Below, piece after piece: positions 44,199-54,178 of a stretch of 56,952 nucleotides of DNA. The position numbers and the translations under genes are program-made. Under the pieces are notes generated by a model, which was not told the DNA's origin, searched no databases, and saw only the letters and a list, made by a program, of their open reading frames with translations. This DNA comes from an uncultured Acetobacteraceae bacterium. Lineage in GTDB: Bacteria; Pseudomonadota; Alphaproteobacteria; Acetobacterales; Acetobacteraceae. The first letter of the stretch is position 1; each line of letters begins with the position of its first letter. The stretch covers positions 1 to 56,952 of the forward strand of contig CAXUNK010000002.1 in NCBI GenBank assembly GCA_964252425.1, in the 5' to 3' direction.

Positions 44199-46898
44199 TT
44201 AGTAAAATTGGTGGCCAAGCTCCAGGAAAGGCTGACCTCCGGGCGCAATCAGCTGGTGGTCAAGGGGGGCAAACCGGATCAGCGAATCGCCATGCAGCCC
44301 TGCGGTCACGGTCAGGCTTCCGGACAGCTCAGTGGTCGTGTCGAAGTGCAGCGTGGTGTTGTTGGCCAGCACGACGTCCAGCGTGTCACCCACAAAACTG
44401 GCGGACTGAGCGCTGGTATCGAAGAGGTCCAGCGTGTCACCCGCCGCAAACCCGCCGATCTCGCCCAGGAAATACGCCGGCTGAAGTCCAAGCACGCCGC
44501 CCGCACCGTTGAACACGGCCGTCTGTCCCGCGCCGACACCGCCCAGGACCAGGGTTGCGCCAGTATCCACGCGTAGCGTGCCTTCACCCGACACGGTCTG
44601 CACAAGATTCAGCGCGCCGCCTCGCGCCTCGATCACGCCGTCATTGTCGATCTGGCTCGCGATAACGCCGGCGCCGAAGATGACGCCGCCGGCCGCGTTC
44701 AGCATCGGCACCTTCGGCAGAGCGCCGCCAAGCGTCACTTCGGCCAGCGTGCCGCCCGCCATCTGTATGCGGCCGGTGTTGGCGAAGCTCTGGCCGGCCT
44801 GGCTGCCGCCCTGCAGATAGGCGAACAGGTTGAGGTCGAGCGCCCCACCCACGCCCAGCACCACCAGCCCGGCATTGGTGAAGCCGCCGCTGGCGATGGT
44901 GACCGTGTCGCCCCCGCCGATCCCCAGCGTCCCCGTGTTGCTGAACCGGTCGCCGCCAAGGATGAACTGGCCGCCAGCCACGTTGGCCGTCAGCGTGGCG
45001 GCGCTGGAAAAATTGCCGTAGCCGTTGCCGATCTCGGCATTGGCGCCGGCCTGTCGTATTTGCAGCCGACTTCCCAGTTGCACTTCGGGACCGCCTGGCG
45101 CCGCGACAAGCGCGGGCGGCGCGTATAGGCCGGAGGCGCCGCCGATCGACAATGTCGCGTTGTCCAGCGCCTGCGTGCTGTCCCAAACCAGCGAAGCGCC
45201 CAGTGCCGTCACTGTCAGGCTGCCGGGCAGGGTGCCGCTGGCGTCGGTCAGGTGCAGCCCGTCCAGCACGGTCACGCTCACGAAGGGCTGGTCGATCGCC
45301 AGAACACCCTGGTAGCCGATCCCGTCCAGAACCGGAGCCCCCGCGAAGCGCACCCCGCCCCCGGAATCGTGCACGGTCCCACCTGCCAGCATGCCGGAGA
45401 CGCTCAGTGCCGGCACTGCGCTGCCAGGCCCCACGAACAACGTGCCACCATCCGACGCGAGCCTGCCGGTGACATCCACCTGGGTGTCAATGAGTTCGAT
45501 CGCGGCCAACTCGGAAGCGGTCGCCTGCGACACGTCCAGCACGGCATGGGAGACGCTGAACACACCGGTGTTGGACAGGGCAGTCGTATTAAGCCGCAGC
45601 GTCTCGCCGTTGCTGACGAGGAACGTGCCGGCGTTGGCGAACGCGCCGTCGAGCGTGAGCGTGCCCCCGGCCTGATTTGCAACGATCCGGCCATCATTGA
45701 CGAGCGTGGCGCCCGCCGAGCCGATTCCGCCCGAGGCGCCAAGCTGCGTCAGAGCCAGCTGCGCTCCCAGCGTCAGCGTTTGTCCGGGTGCCACGGCAAG
45801 CTGGGCGCCTGTGCCGGCGCCACCCAACGTCACTCGGGCCCGGTCCAGCGTCTCGGAGGTGCCGAATACCAGCGAACTGCCCGCGCCTGTCACCGAAAGC
45901 GCCCCAAGCCCCGCTCCGAGCGGGTCGGTCAGGGTCAGTCCGTCCACCACCACGCCGCGTGCGCCCGCCTGGGACAGCGACAACGCGCCGCGGTAGGTGA
46001 CGCCGGCCAGCGTGCCGCCCTGCGCGAGCAGGCCACCGCCCGAATCGCTCACCACCCCGCCATCGATCTCGCCCCCCGCCTGCAACGCCACCAGCGGCAA
46101 CGCGCCGGCCCGGCCCAGCGCAAATGTGCCGGTGTTGATCAGCGTGCCCGCCAACCCGAGCGTGCCGCCGGATGACTCGTGCACCTGGCCCAACTCCAAC
46201 GGCGAGAAGCTGCCGCCGACTGACAACAGGCCGCCGGCGATGTCGAACGTGCCGGCATTGGTCCATCCGTACCCGTACAGGCCCAAACTGGCCGTCGCAT
46301 CCGGGCCAACGCTGAACACCCCGTCATTGGTCAGGCCCGGCACGGTGTAAGGATCGGCCTGATAGGCAGCGCCGGCGCCGCTCACCGACATCAGCCCGCT
46401 ATTCAGCAGGCTTCCCTGGACCGAGATCACCCCGTCCGTGTCGCTGATCGTGCCCGAGTTCGCGATGCCCGACAGCAGCGCCTCGCCGCCGCCGCTCACC
46501 GCGATCCGCCCGGCATTATCCAGCGACCGCAAGGTGAACGTGCCGGTCATCCCCGCCGTGATGCTGCCGCGATTGATCACCAGACCACGGTCACCCGCGC
46601 CGGCAAGCGTGGCGTTGCTGCCCGTCTGCAAGACGTTTGTGTGGGCACCCAGTGTCAGCGTGCTCGTCCGCCCACCAGGTCCGTCCGCGAACAGCGCGTC
46701 GCCAAGATAGTCCGGAGTGGGGTCGCCGATCTCTATGGTCACGTGGTCGAGCGTGTGTGTCCCGCCAATCGAGATCGTGTCGCCGCTGCTCTCGATGGCG
46801 ATCGTGCCGGGCGCGCTCGACAATCCGGCCACACCCGGCCAGTCGGCTGCGTGATCTCGATGTGCGCTCCTGCCAAGCCTTCCGCCAATGGGAGCCAC
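44199..46898 (-). CDS. Large Gly/Thr/Leu-rich beta-helix-like surface or secreted protein with internal repeats
   Basis: GGAGG RBS + GTG; recurring N.G.(I/F) turns; duplicated ~110-aa block; C-terminal GFAAGDTLDL motif; no obvious Sec signal or beta-barrel. Confidence 0.75.
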   Translation of the reverse strand: MAPIGGRLGRSAHRDHAADWPGVAGLSSAPGTIAIESSGDTISIGGTHTLDHVTIEIGDPTPDYLGDALFADGPGGRTSTLTLGAHTNVLQTGSNATLAGAGDRGLVINRGSITAGMTGTFTLRSLDNAGRIAVSGGGEALLSGIANSGTISDTDGVISVQGSLLNSGLMSVSGAGAAYQADPYTVPGLTNDGVFSVGPDATASLGLYGYGWTNAGTFDIAGGLLSVGGSFSPLELGQVHESSGGTLGLAGTLINTGTFALGRAGALPLVALQAGGEIDGGVVSDSGGGLLAQGGTLAGVTYRGALSLSQAGARGVVVDGLTLTDPLGAGLGALSVTGAGSSLVFGTSETLDRARVTLGGAGTGAQLAVAPGQTLTLGAQLALTQLGASGGIGSAGATLVNDGRIVANQAGGTLTLDGAFANAGTFLVSNGETLRLNTTALSNTGVFSVSHAVLDVSQATASELAAIELIDTQVDVTGRLASDGGTLFVGPGSAVPALSVSGMLAGGTVHDSGGGVRFAGAPVLDGIGYQGVLAIDQPFVSVTVLDGLHLTDASGTLPGSLTVTALGASLVWDSTQALDNATLSIGGASGLYAPPALVAAPGGPEVQLGSRLQIRQAGANAEIGNGYGNFSSAATLTANVAGGQFILGGDRFSNTGTLGIGGGDTVTIASGGFTNAGLVVLGVGGALDLNLFAYLQGGSQAGQSFANTGRIQMAGGTLAEVTLGGALPKVPMLNAAGGVIFGAGVIASQIDNDGVIEARGGALNLVQTVSGEGTLRVDTGATLVLGGVGAGQTAVFNGAGGVLGLQPAYFLGEIGGFAAGDTLDLFDTSAQSASFVGDTLDVVLANNTTLHFDTTTELSGSLTVTAGLHGDSLIRFAPLDHQLIAPGGQPFLELGHQFY

Positions 46899-47047
46899 TC
46901 AAAACCTCCGACTGAAATATCCAACACCGACGCGAGCCGCCGTTTACCGTTTGTTTATTGTCTCAAAAAAAACATTTTAGCAAGGTTTTTATGCCTCGCC
47001 GGCGGGCCGGTGCTTGCGAAGCAGCGGCCGCGCATGCTGAATGGGTC

Positions 47048-48607
47048 ATGCAGCCCATCCCCCAATCACGTCTGCTGATCCTCGATTTCGGCAGCCAGCT
47101 GACGCAGCTGATCGCGCGACGGCTGCGCGAGACGGGCGTCTATTGCGAGATATTCCCCTTCGACGCCACGCCCGCACGTATCGCCGGCTTCGCGCCGCGC
47201 GGGCTGGTGCTGTCGGGTGGCCCGGCCAGCGTGGCTGATTTAGGTGCGCCGAAGGCCGACCCGGCGGTCTACGCCTTGGGGTTGCCGATCCTTGGAATCT
47301 GCTACGGACAGCAACTCCTGGTCAGCCAGCTTGGCGGCGCGGTGGAGGGGCACGAGCACCAGGAGTTCGGCCGCGCCACCGTCGATGTCACCGCCCCGTG
47401 CACCCTGTTCGACGGCGCGTGGGAGGTGGGGGCGCGCGAGACGGTGTGGATGAGCCATGGCGACCGGGTGACCGCGCTGCCGGCGGGTTTCGCCGCTGTC
47501 GCAAGCAGCGAGGGCGCACCCTTCGCGGTGATCGCCGACGAGAGCAGGCGCATTTACGGCACACAGTTTCATCTGGAAGTCGTGCACACGCCGCACGGGG
47601 CGAAACTTCTGTCCAACTTCGCCCACCACGTATGCGGCTGCGCCGGCGATTGGACGATGGGCGCCTTCCGCGCCGCGGCCATCGAGCGCATCCGCGCCCA
47701 GGTGGGGCAGGGCAGGGTGATCTGCGGCCTGTCGGGCGGCGTGGACAGCTCGGTGGCCGCCGTGCTGATCCACGAGGCGGTGGGCGATCGGCTCACCTGC
47801 ATCTTCGTCGATCACGGGCTCCTGCGCGCCGGCGAGGCGGCGCAGGTCGTGGACACGTTCCGCGGCCGGTTCAACGTGCCGCTGGTCCACCGCGACGCCT
47901 CCGAGCTGTTCATCGGCGCGCTCGCCGGTGTCACAGACCCGGAAGTGAAGCGGAAGACCATCGGACGGCTGTTCGTGGAGGTTTTCGAGGAGGAGGCGGC
48001 GCGCATCGGCGGCGCGGATTTTTTAGCGCAAGGCACCCTGTATCCGGACGTGATCGAAAGCGTCTCGGTCACCGGCGGCCCTTCCGTCACGATCAAGTCG
48101 CATCACAATGTCGGCGGCCTGCCCGAGCGCATGCGCATGACGCTCGTCGAACCCTTGCGCGAACTCTTCAAGGATGAGGTGCGCGCGCTGGGACGCGAGC
48201 TCGGATTGTCCGACGCGATCGTCGGACGCCACCCCTTTCCCGGACCAGGCCTCGCAATCCGCATCCCTGGCGAAGTCACGCGCGAGGCGCTCGACATCTT
48301 GCGCCGCGCCGACACGATCTACCTGGAGGAGATACGCGCGGCGGGCCTGTACGACGCGATCTGGCAGGCGTTCGCGGTGCTGCTGCCGGTGCGCACCGTC
48401 GGCGTGATGGGCGACCACCGCACCTACGACCGCGTCGTGGCCTTGCGCGCGGTCACCAGCACAGACGGCATGACCGCCGACATGTACCCGTTCGACATGA
48501 GTTTCCTGGCGCGCGTCGCAGCCCGCATCGTCAACGAGGTCCGCGGCGTCAACCGCGTGACCTACGACATCACCAGCAAACCACCGGGCACGATCGAGTG
48601 GGAATGA
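47048..48607 (+). CDS. guaA: GMP synthase (glutamine-hydrolysing)
   Basis: [56 protein letters not shown]. Confidence 0.98.
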   Translation: MQPIPQSRLLILDFGSQLTQLIARRLRETGVYCEIFPFDATPARIAGFAPRGLVLSGGPASVADLGAPKADPAVYALGLPILGICYGQQLLVSQLGGAVEGHEHQEFGRATVDVTAPCTLFDGAWEVGARETVWMSHGDRVTALPAGFAAVASSEGAPFAVIADESRRIYGTQFHLEVVHTPHGAKLLSNFAHHVCGCAGDWTMGAFRAAAIERIRAQVGQGRVICGLSGGVDSSVAAVLIHEAVGDRLTCIFVDHGLLRAGEAAQVVDTFRGRFNVPLVHRDASELFIGALAGVTDPEVKRKTIGRLFVEVFEEEAARIGGADFLAQGTLYPDVIESVSVTGGPSVTIKSHHNVGGLPERMRMTLVEPLRELFKDEVRALGRELGLSDAIVGRHPFPGPGLAIRIPGEVTREALDILRRADTIYLEEIRAAGLYDAIWQAFAVLLPVRTVGVMGDHRTYDRVVALRAVTSTDGMTADMYPFDMSFLARVAARIVNEVRGVNRVTYDITSKPPGTIEWE

Positions 48608-49038
48608 TTGGCCAAGGTGTCCAGGCGATTGCTGACATTCTCGCTAAGTTCAGCAAACCGCTGACCAGACGCGGCCTTTTACCGACTGCACTCGCGGCCA
48701 ATCGGTCCGCAGTAGTTCATCTTACGGGTAAACTGGCGGGAGGGCGGTGGCTTGCTTTCGCGGGCACGCAATTCGTGTCCCGTGATTACTGGCCGCCGCA
48801 GCGCCTATCGCAAGGTCGGTTGCAAAAGCTCAGGGTGCGTTAGAGAAGGTTGGCGGCCCCGATTGGGCGTATGGACCCGAGAACAAGAGCAAGCACTGGC
48901 CCAAATGGCCGCCGCAGACCGGCTCCTGTTGCTGGTCAGCTTGATCGAGTCGCCGCGTCGAGCGCGCTTTGGGCTTGAAGCGCCGTCTATCGTAAGCGCT
49001 CTGTGTCGCTGCGGAGCCCACGAAGAAAGGAATCTCGA

Positions 49039-49608
49039 ATGTCCAGCAATGACGACTTCGGCACCTTCGGACGTTATCAGGAAACTCCGGTGGCCGAGAT
49101 GTCTCCGGAGATGAAGGACGCCTACGATTTCACCGTAAAGCTCAGGGGCCAGGTTCCCGGCCCGCACAAGATCTGGGTCGCCAACCCGACGCTTTCCAAG
49201 ACGATTGTGCCCACTGGTTACTACTACCAAAAGGAATCCAGTCTCACGAAAGCCGAGATTGAGATCGTCACCAACGTCATCAATGGTCGTTGGCTGGCAG
49301 CGTATGGCAACTACGAGCACGAGAAGATCGGCGAGGAGCAAGGCCACCTCGATCCCGAGAAGGTCCAAGCTCTGATCGCCAACCTGCCGACCTCCTTCGA
49401 CGATCCGCGGGAGGAGATTGTCTACAAGCTTGCCACGACCCTGGCCCAGCCTCGCGTGGTGCCGCTCGGCTTGTTCAAGACGGCGCAGGCGCTCATCGGC
49501 GACAAGGGGATCGTGGATGTCACCGTCCTGATGGGCTGGTCCACCGCCGTCTCGCTGACGCTGATGGCGTTCGACGTGCCTTCCAACGCCGTGGGGCTGG
49601 ACCAGTGA
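49039..49608 (+). CDS. Carboxymuconolactone decarboxylase family protein (no Cys)
   Basis: AAGGA RBS; RG..PGP..IW..NP, EI......W.A.Y..YEH, IGDKGIVD.TVLMG. Confidence 0.85.
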   Translation: MSSNDDFGTFGRYQETPVAEMSPEMKDAYDFTVKLRGQVPGPHKIWVANPTLSKTIVPTGYYYQKESSLTKAEIEIVTNVINGRWLAAYGNYEHEKIGEEQGHLDPEKVQALIANLPTSFDDPREEIVYKLATTLAQPRVVPLGLFKTAQALIGDKGIVDVTVLMGWSTAVSLTLMAFDVPSNAVGLDQ

Positions 49609-50201
49609 GCGCCGCCGCCGACGATGCGCTGGGCGGCCGTCTCAAGCTGCTCTCGCCGTCCGAGTTGAGCCCGGACCAGAAGAGGACCTACGACACAATC
49701 ACCACCGGGATGGTGCCCTGGGCGGAGTCCGCCGGCTTCCAGAGCAAGACGGGCGACGGCCGGCTGATCGGTCCCTTCAACCCCGTCCTCTACAGTCCCG
49801 GCATCAGTCCGGCCTTTCTGGCGCTCCAGGCCGCTGAGCAGAAGAACACCACGCTCGATGAACGGGTGCGCCAGGTGGTGATCCTGACGGTCGGGGCGGT
49901 CTGGGGCTGCGACTACGAGCGGTATGCCCACGCTGCGGTGTCGCGAAAGGTGGGGATTGCGGACGCCGACATCGCCGCCTTGATCAAGGGCGATCCCGCC
50001 GACGGGCTCAGCGTCAGAGAACGGCTGGCGCAGCGGTTCACCTATGAGATCACGGCCAATCACAGGATCGACGACGCGCTCTACGAGGATGCGCAATCGC
50101 AGTTCGGGCCGCAGGGGCTGGTCGACTTGCTGTTCCTGGCCGGATGCTACGGCACGGTCTCCTCGCTTCTGAACGCCTTCAAGGTCCCGGCGCCCGCCTA
50201 G
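49605..50201 (+). CDS. Carboxymuconolactone decarboxylase family protein, second paralogue
   Basis: GTGA overlap; LIGPFNP.L.SP, RQVVILTVGA.W..DYE.YAH, FG..GLVDL..L.G.Y, LLNAF.VP. Confidence 0.88.
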   Translation: MSAAADDALGGRLKLLSPSELSPDQKRTYDTITTGMVPWAESAGFQSKTGDGRLIGPFNPVLYSPGISPAFLALQAAEQKNTTLDERVRQVVILTVGAVWGCDYERYAHAAVSRKVGIADADIAALIKGDPADGLSVRERLAQRFTYEITANHRIDDALYEDAQSQFGPQGLVDLLFLAGCYGTVSSLLNAFKVPAPA

Positions 50202-50267
50202 GTCGTCCCTGCGGGCCGGGTCCTACCCAGCCTGACAGCTCCGTCGACGGATCATAGGAGACAGTCC

Positions 50268-51272
50268 GTGTCGCAGAACCAAGCGCCTCATGCCTACATC
50301 ACCACGGTCGCCGAGTTCCCACCCGGCCACTTCCTCGAGAATCTCGTGGTGCGCCAGGACGGCTCGGTGCTGATCACCGAGGTGATCCACCATGGCCTCT
50401 GGTACGTGCCGCCGTTCGACGGGCGCACGGCCGCCGAACCCATGCTCCTGCACACCTTCGACGAGCCGGCGGTCGGCATCGTGGAGTTGGAACCCGAAAT
50501 CGTGCTGGTCTGCTCGACCAACATCTACACGACCCACGAATCCTACCTGCACCGGTTCGACTTCAAGGATTGGTCGCCCGGCGCGCCGCTGAAGCGCGAG
50601 CTCGCCTTCACCTTTCCCAAGGAGACGCGCGGCCCCAACGGCATCTGCCTGTTCGCACCCGGCGTGATTCTGGTGGCGGACTGCTTCGCGGGCCTGATCT
50701 GGCGGGTCGACCTGCGGGGCGAGCCGCTGGCCCGCATCTGGTTGAAGCATCCCAGCATGGGCTATTATCCGGGCAAGCTGAAACCCGAGCAGCCGGGCGT
50801 CAACGGCCTCCATTACGCCGCCCGCAGCCAGTATCTCTACTACAGCGCGACGGCCAACAAGCTGCTCATGCGCGTGCCGGTGAACCCGGCGACGCTGGAG
50901 CCCGCCGGCGAGCCCGAGTACGTCGTGGCGGGCCGGATGGGCGACGATTTCTGCATCGACGAGGACGCGCAGGTCATCTACCTGACCACCCACCGCCAGA
51001 ACACCATCGACATCGTCTCGATGGATCCCGGCCTCAATAGCGGTTTCACCCAGTCGGTCGCGGGCGATCCTTTCACCTACGACCTGATCGGCCCTTCCGC
51101 AGGCGCCTGGGGCCGCGGACCGGACGATTACGGCCGCCGCGCCTTCTTCCTCATGGACGGAGGAACCGCATCGCCGCCGCCCGACGGCATCCGCCGGCCT
51201 GCGAAGCTCCTGCAGGTTGAGTTCGCGCCAATCACCACTTTCCCAGGCTCAGAACCCCCGCAACGGCAGTAG
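50268..51272 (+). CDS. Six-bladed beta-propeller, SMP-30/gluconolactonase/DFPase-like
   Basis: AGGAG RBS + GTG; FLENL, GPNG, GVNG, GDDF supply the E/N/N/D metal-ligand positions. Confidence 0.75.
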   Translation: MSQNQAPHAYITTVAEFPPGHFLENLVVRQDGSVLITEVIHHGLWYVPPFDGRTAAEPMLLHTFDEPAVGIVELEPEIVLVCSTNIYTTHESYLHRFDFKDWSPGAPLKRELAFTFPKETRGPNGICLFAPGVILVADCFAGLIWRVDLRGEPLARIWLKHPSMGYYPGKLKPEQPGVNGLHYAARSQYLYYSATANKLLMRVPVNPATLEPAGEPEYVVAGRMGDDFCIDEDAQVIYLTTHRQNTIDIVSMDPGLNSGFTQSVAGDPFTYDLIGPSAGAWGRGPDDYGRRAFFLMDGGTASPPPDGIRRPAKLLQVEFAPITTFPGSEPPQRQ

Positions 51273-51344
51273 AAAGCCTTTCAATTCGCCAGGCGTTGCG
51301 TGTTCGAGAAGTTGCAGATGCCCGAAATGCGAACAGATCGGGAG

Positions 51345-52055
51345 CGTTCAGCATGGCCAAACGATGCTATCGTATCGCAGCGACGGTGAGCGGCGGCAAT
51401 GCCAAAGCCATCGTCAGCAGGCAGCCGAGGGAGAGCCCGCAGCCGAGGCGAACGCAACGGCGAAGACGGGAGGCGCCGCCGCAAGGCCGACGCTTCCGGC
51501 CAGCACGACCAGGCCTCCCATCGCGTAGCCCACTCGGCGGAGCGCGAGACGCTCGACGTAAACCATCATAAGCAGCGAGGCCGGGATCTGTGCCGCGTTC
51601 AGCGCCAGCAAGGCCGGTTGGATCTGCGACGAACCGCCCGCCTTCGAAAGCCATCCGGGCAGAAATCCGTTCAGGCCGAAGTAGCTGGCGTTAACGGCGC
51701 CGAGCAAAAGCCCGACTTGCCACATCGATCCCCGCCGCCACTCCGGCCATGCCCGCACTGGGCGCGGATTCGGCGTGCGCGACGGGCGCGGTCCAAAAGC
51801 AGCGATGACAGCCGCCGTCGCGAGCACGGGAACCGACCACTGAAACAGCACCGCTCGCCAGCCGCCGCCAATAACCGGAAGCTCGGACGCGTGCGGCCAG
51901 AGCACTGGCAGCACCTCGCCGCAGAGCAGGCCACAGGTATAGACCGCGGACGCGAGGCCGATGCGTGCCGGCATCCAGTTTCGCATCAGGGTCGGCATCG
52001 CCGGCTGCATGAGCGCGACGCCAAAGCACATGACGCACGTCGCCAACTCCAGCCC
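51345..52055 (-). pseudogene. CynX-like MFS transporter remnant (5'-truncated, frameshifted)
   Basis: MQPAMPTL.R.W.P.RIGLASAVY..GL, YFGLNGFLP.WL, LALNAAQIPAS; frame shifts near 51435 into SLGCLLTMALALPPL and again near 51375 into DTIASFG; first TM helices absent. Confidence 0.75.
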
Positions 52056-52259
52056 GTCCGAAGCGAGACGGCGCGGTTTCTCAACCTTTACAGTCAAGCC
52101 GGCTTCGAGCGCATCAACGCGTTGACGGGACAGCCGACGGAGCGACGGGCCATTCCGCCGCACGATTTCGAGGGGCTAGCGATCGATGCGTCACGGCGCT
52201 CCGAGCTGTTTGCGGAACTCGGCATGCAGACCGTCGATCTCGCCAACCCCTTCGAGTGA
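52056..52259 (+). pseudogene. 3' remnant of a probable cupin (quercetinase-like) gene
   Basis: VRSETARFLNLYSQAGFER resembles the end of a cupin barrel plus tail; no start codon of its own. Confidence 0.45.
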
Positions 52260-52296
52260 GATAAACGACGTTCTTGAAGAACGGACGCCCATGGTT

Positions 52297-52917
52297 TCAG
52301 CCGCCTTGATCGCGCTGACCGCGGCGGCGCGCCGACCGGTCTTCCGGGTCAGGGCGTGGCCGAGATGAAAGCCGCCGCAATTCCGCATAGGCGCCAGCAA
52401 GGCTTCCACTCAAACCCGGTTCGCGATGAGCGAGCCATGTGTTCGTAGCCCTGCTGAGCGTCGCCATCCCGATTTCGGCGGCGAACGCGGCCACGCCTTC
52501 GTCGACGCCGCGCTGGACCAGCGCGGCCGATAAAGCCGCGGTTATACCCGCCGTTTTGGTCAATACGCGTTCCTGCAGGGCTGGAGTCGCGGCGATGACC
52601 TTCTGTCGGGGCTCAGTGAAGGGGCGGTTCTGCTCCAGAAGGGGTTCGACCGACCGGAAAGCGTGAAGCAGCGCCTCCATCGGGCTCATGCCATCCGGCG
52701 CCGACCTGACCCGCTCGGCCAGCGTGTCCCGAAAGGCTTCCTCGCCATCGAACAACGCTTCCCGCTTGTCGGCGAAATGCCGGAAGAACGTCCTTTCGGT
52801 GACGCCGGCTCTGGCGGCGATCTGGGCGGTCGTGGTGGCGTCGTAGCCTTGTTGCTGGAACAGCTCCAAGGTTGCTTGCTGCAGGCGTCGGCGCGCCTCC
52901 TTTCCGCTCCTTGGCAT
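52297..52917 (-). CDS. TetR-family transcriptional regulator
   Basis: LELF..QGYDATT.AQIA.RAGVTERTFFRHFADKRE HTH. Confidence 0.95.
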   Translation of the reverse strand: MPRSGKEARRRLQQATLELFQQQGYDATTTAQIAARAGVTERTFFRHFADKREALFDGEEAFRDTLAERVRSAPDGMSPMEALLHAFRSVEPLLEQNRPFTEPRQKVIAATPALQERVLTKTAGITAALSAALVQRGVDEGVAAFAAEIGMATLSRATNTWLAHREPGLSGSLAGAYAELRRLSSRPRPDPEDRSARRRGQRDQGG

Positions 52918-52936
52918 TCGGCTTTCCTACCCGTCT

Positions 52937-52977
52937 TGTCAGTGACTGTCGTTACGCCTATTTGTCTGCGGCTGACA
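52937..52977. promoter_or_regulatory. Two putative TetR operators
   Basis: TGTCAGT-G-ACTGTCG (52937-52951) and TGTCTGC-G-GCTGACA (52963-52977), both near the palindrome TGTCAG-N3-CTGACA. Confidence 0.65.
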
Positions 52978-52994
52978 TTACGTAGGAGGCTATC

Positions 52995-53912
52995 ATGAAG
53001 GCCCTTCGTTTCCACCACTATGGCGAACCCGGAGACGTGCTGCGTCTTGAACACGCCGATATTCCCGCACCGAACGCGGGGCATGTCCGCATCAAAGTCC
53101 ACGCGTGCGGCTTGAACCCGGCCGACTGGGCGCTGTGCCGAGGCCTTTTCGCCGGCAACCTGCCTCGGGGGATCGGCCTGGACGTGTCCGGAACGGTGGA
53201 CGCGGTCGGCGACGGCGTGGCCGCTATAGCCGTTGGCGATGATGTGCTCGGAGTGCCCGCCTACACGGAGCATCCAAGCGCCGGCGCGGCCGAGCAGGCG
53301 GTCCTCTCTGTATGGACGCCCGTGCCGTCCGGGCTCGGCCTCCTCGATGCGGCGGCGCTGCCGATGGCGATCGAAACTCCCCACCGATGTCTCGACATTC
53401 TTGGTGTTGCTGCCGGTCACACGCTGTTCGTCTATGGCGCCGGGACGGTGATCGGGTTTGCGGCCGTCCAGATGGCGCGGCTCCGCGGTGCGCGGGTGAT
53501 CGCTGCCGCAGGGGAGACATTCGCCCGCCAGCTTCGCGCGTTTGGCGCCGAGGTGACGGCCTATGGCGAAGGCATGGTCGAGCGCGTGCGCGACCTGAGC
53601 GGCGGCGCTCCCGACCTGATTTTTGACGCCGGCCCGATCAGCGGCGTGCTGCCGAGTCTGGTCAGGATCGCCGATGGCGATGGCCATCGTATCGTCACGG
53701 TCAGCAATCACGGCGCCGCTGCCGATGCGTTAGGTGTCCGGAACAGCTTTGAGGGTCCGTCCGGCTACGGCGTGCTCGCGGACTTCGCAAAGCTCGCAGC
53801 CGAGGGCCGGTTCAAGGTGCCCGTGGCGCGCACGTTCCCCTTGTCGGATTGGCGGGCCGCACTCGATCTGAGCCTGACCGGTCATGCTCATGGCAAGCTG
53901 ATGCTCGTCTGA
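52995..53912 (+). CDS. NADP-dependent oxidoreductase (MDR, quinone-reductase-like)
   Basis: AGGAGG RBS; ACGLNPADW, G.DVSG.VDAVG, AAALP, GHAHGKL. Confidence 0.92.
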   Translation: MKALRFHHYGEPGDVLRLEHADIPAPNAGHVRIKVHACGLNPADWALCRGLFAGNLPRGIGLDVSGTVDAVGDGVAAIAVGDDVLGVPAYTEHPSAGAAEQAVLSVWTPVPSGLGLLDAAALPMAIETPHRCLDILGVAAGHTLFVYGAGTVIGFAAVQMARLRGARVIAAAGETFARQLRAFGAEVTAYGEGMVERVRDLSGGAPDLIFDAGPISGVLPSLVRIADGDGHRIVTVSNHGAAADALGVRNSFEGPSGYGVLADFAKLAAEGRFKVPVARTFPLSDWRAALDLSLTGHAHGKLMLV

Positions 53913-54178
53913 GATGCAGAGGCGTGTCTTCGCTTAGAGATCGCCTCGTCGGTTGCCGATTTCTGAGCCGCCCACGGAACTCGCGCCGAACGCAGTCTCT
54001 GCTCGATGAGTCGAATGCGCTCTCACGTCCGCGCCAACCGCCACGCCTCGCGGCCTTGCCCGGGCCGGAGCCGATGAGATGTCGTCATCACCCCGCCCGG
54101 CGAGACGCATGGCGAGCGCCTATGGCAGGCGTCTCAACCCGGCCCTGGCGACCCTGTCGGCGACCGACTGCCGCCGGC

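Noticed and set aside
46944-46958. CtrA-like site TTAC-N7-TTAT upstream of the 899-aa gene
   Set aside because: Two mismatches in an AT-rich tract; too weak
48598-49114. ORFs 48598-48843 and 48752-49114 as integrase fragments
   Set aside because: No recognisable tyrosine-recombinase motifs in the translations
52252-52264. TCGAGTGAGATAA as an attR copy of the guaA end (TCGAGTGGGAATGA)
   Set aside because: Only 7 contiguous bases match and it coincides with the cupin remnant's stop codon; chance is likely
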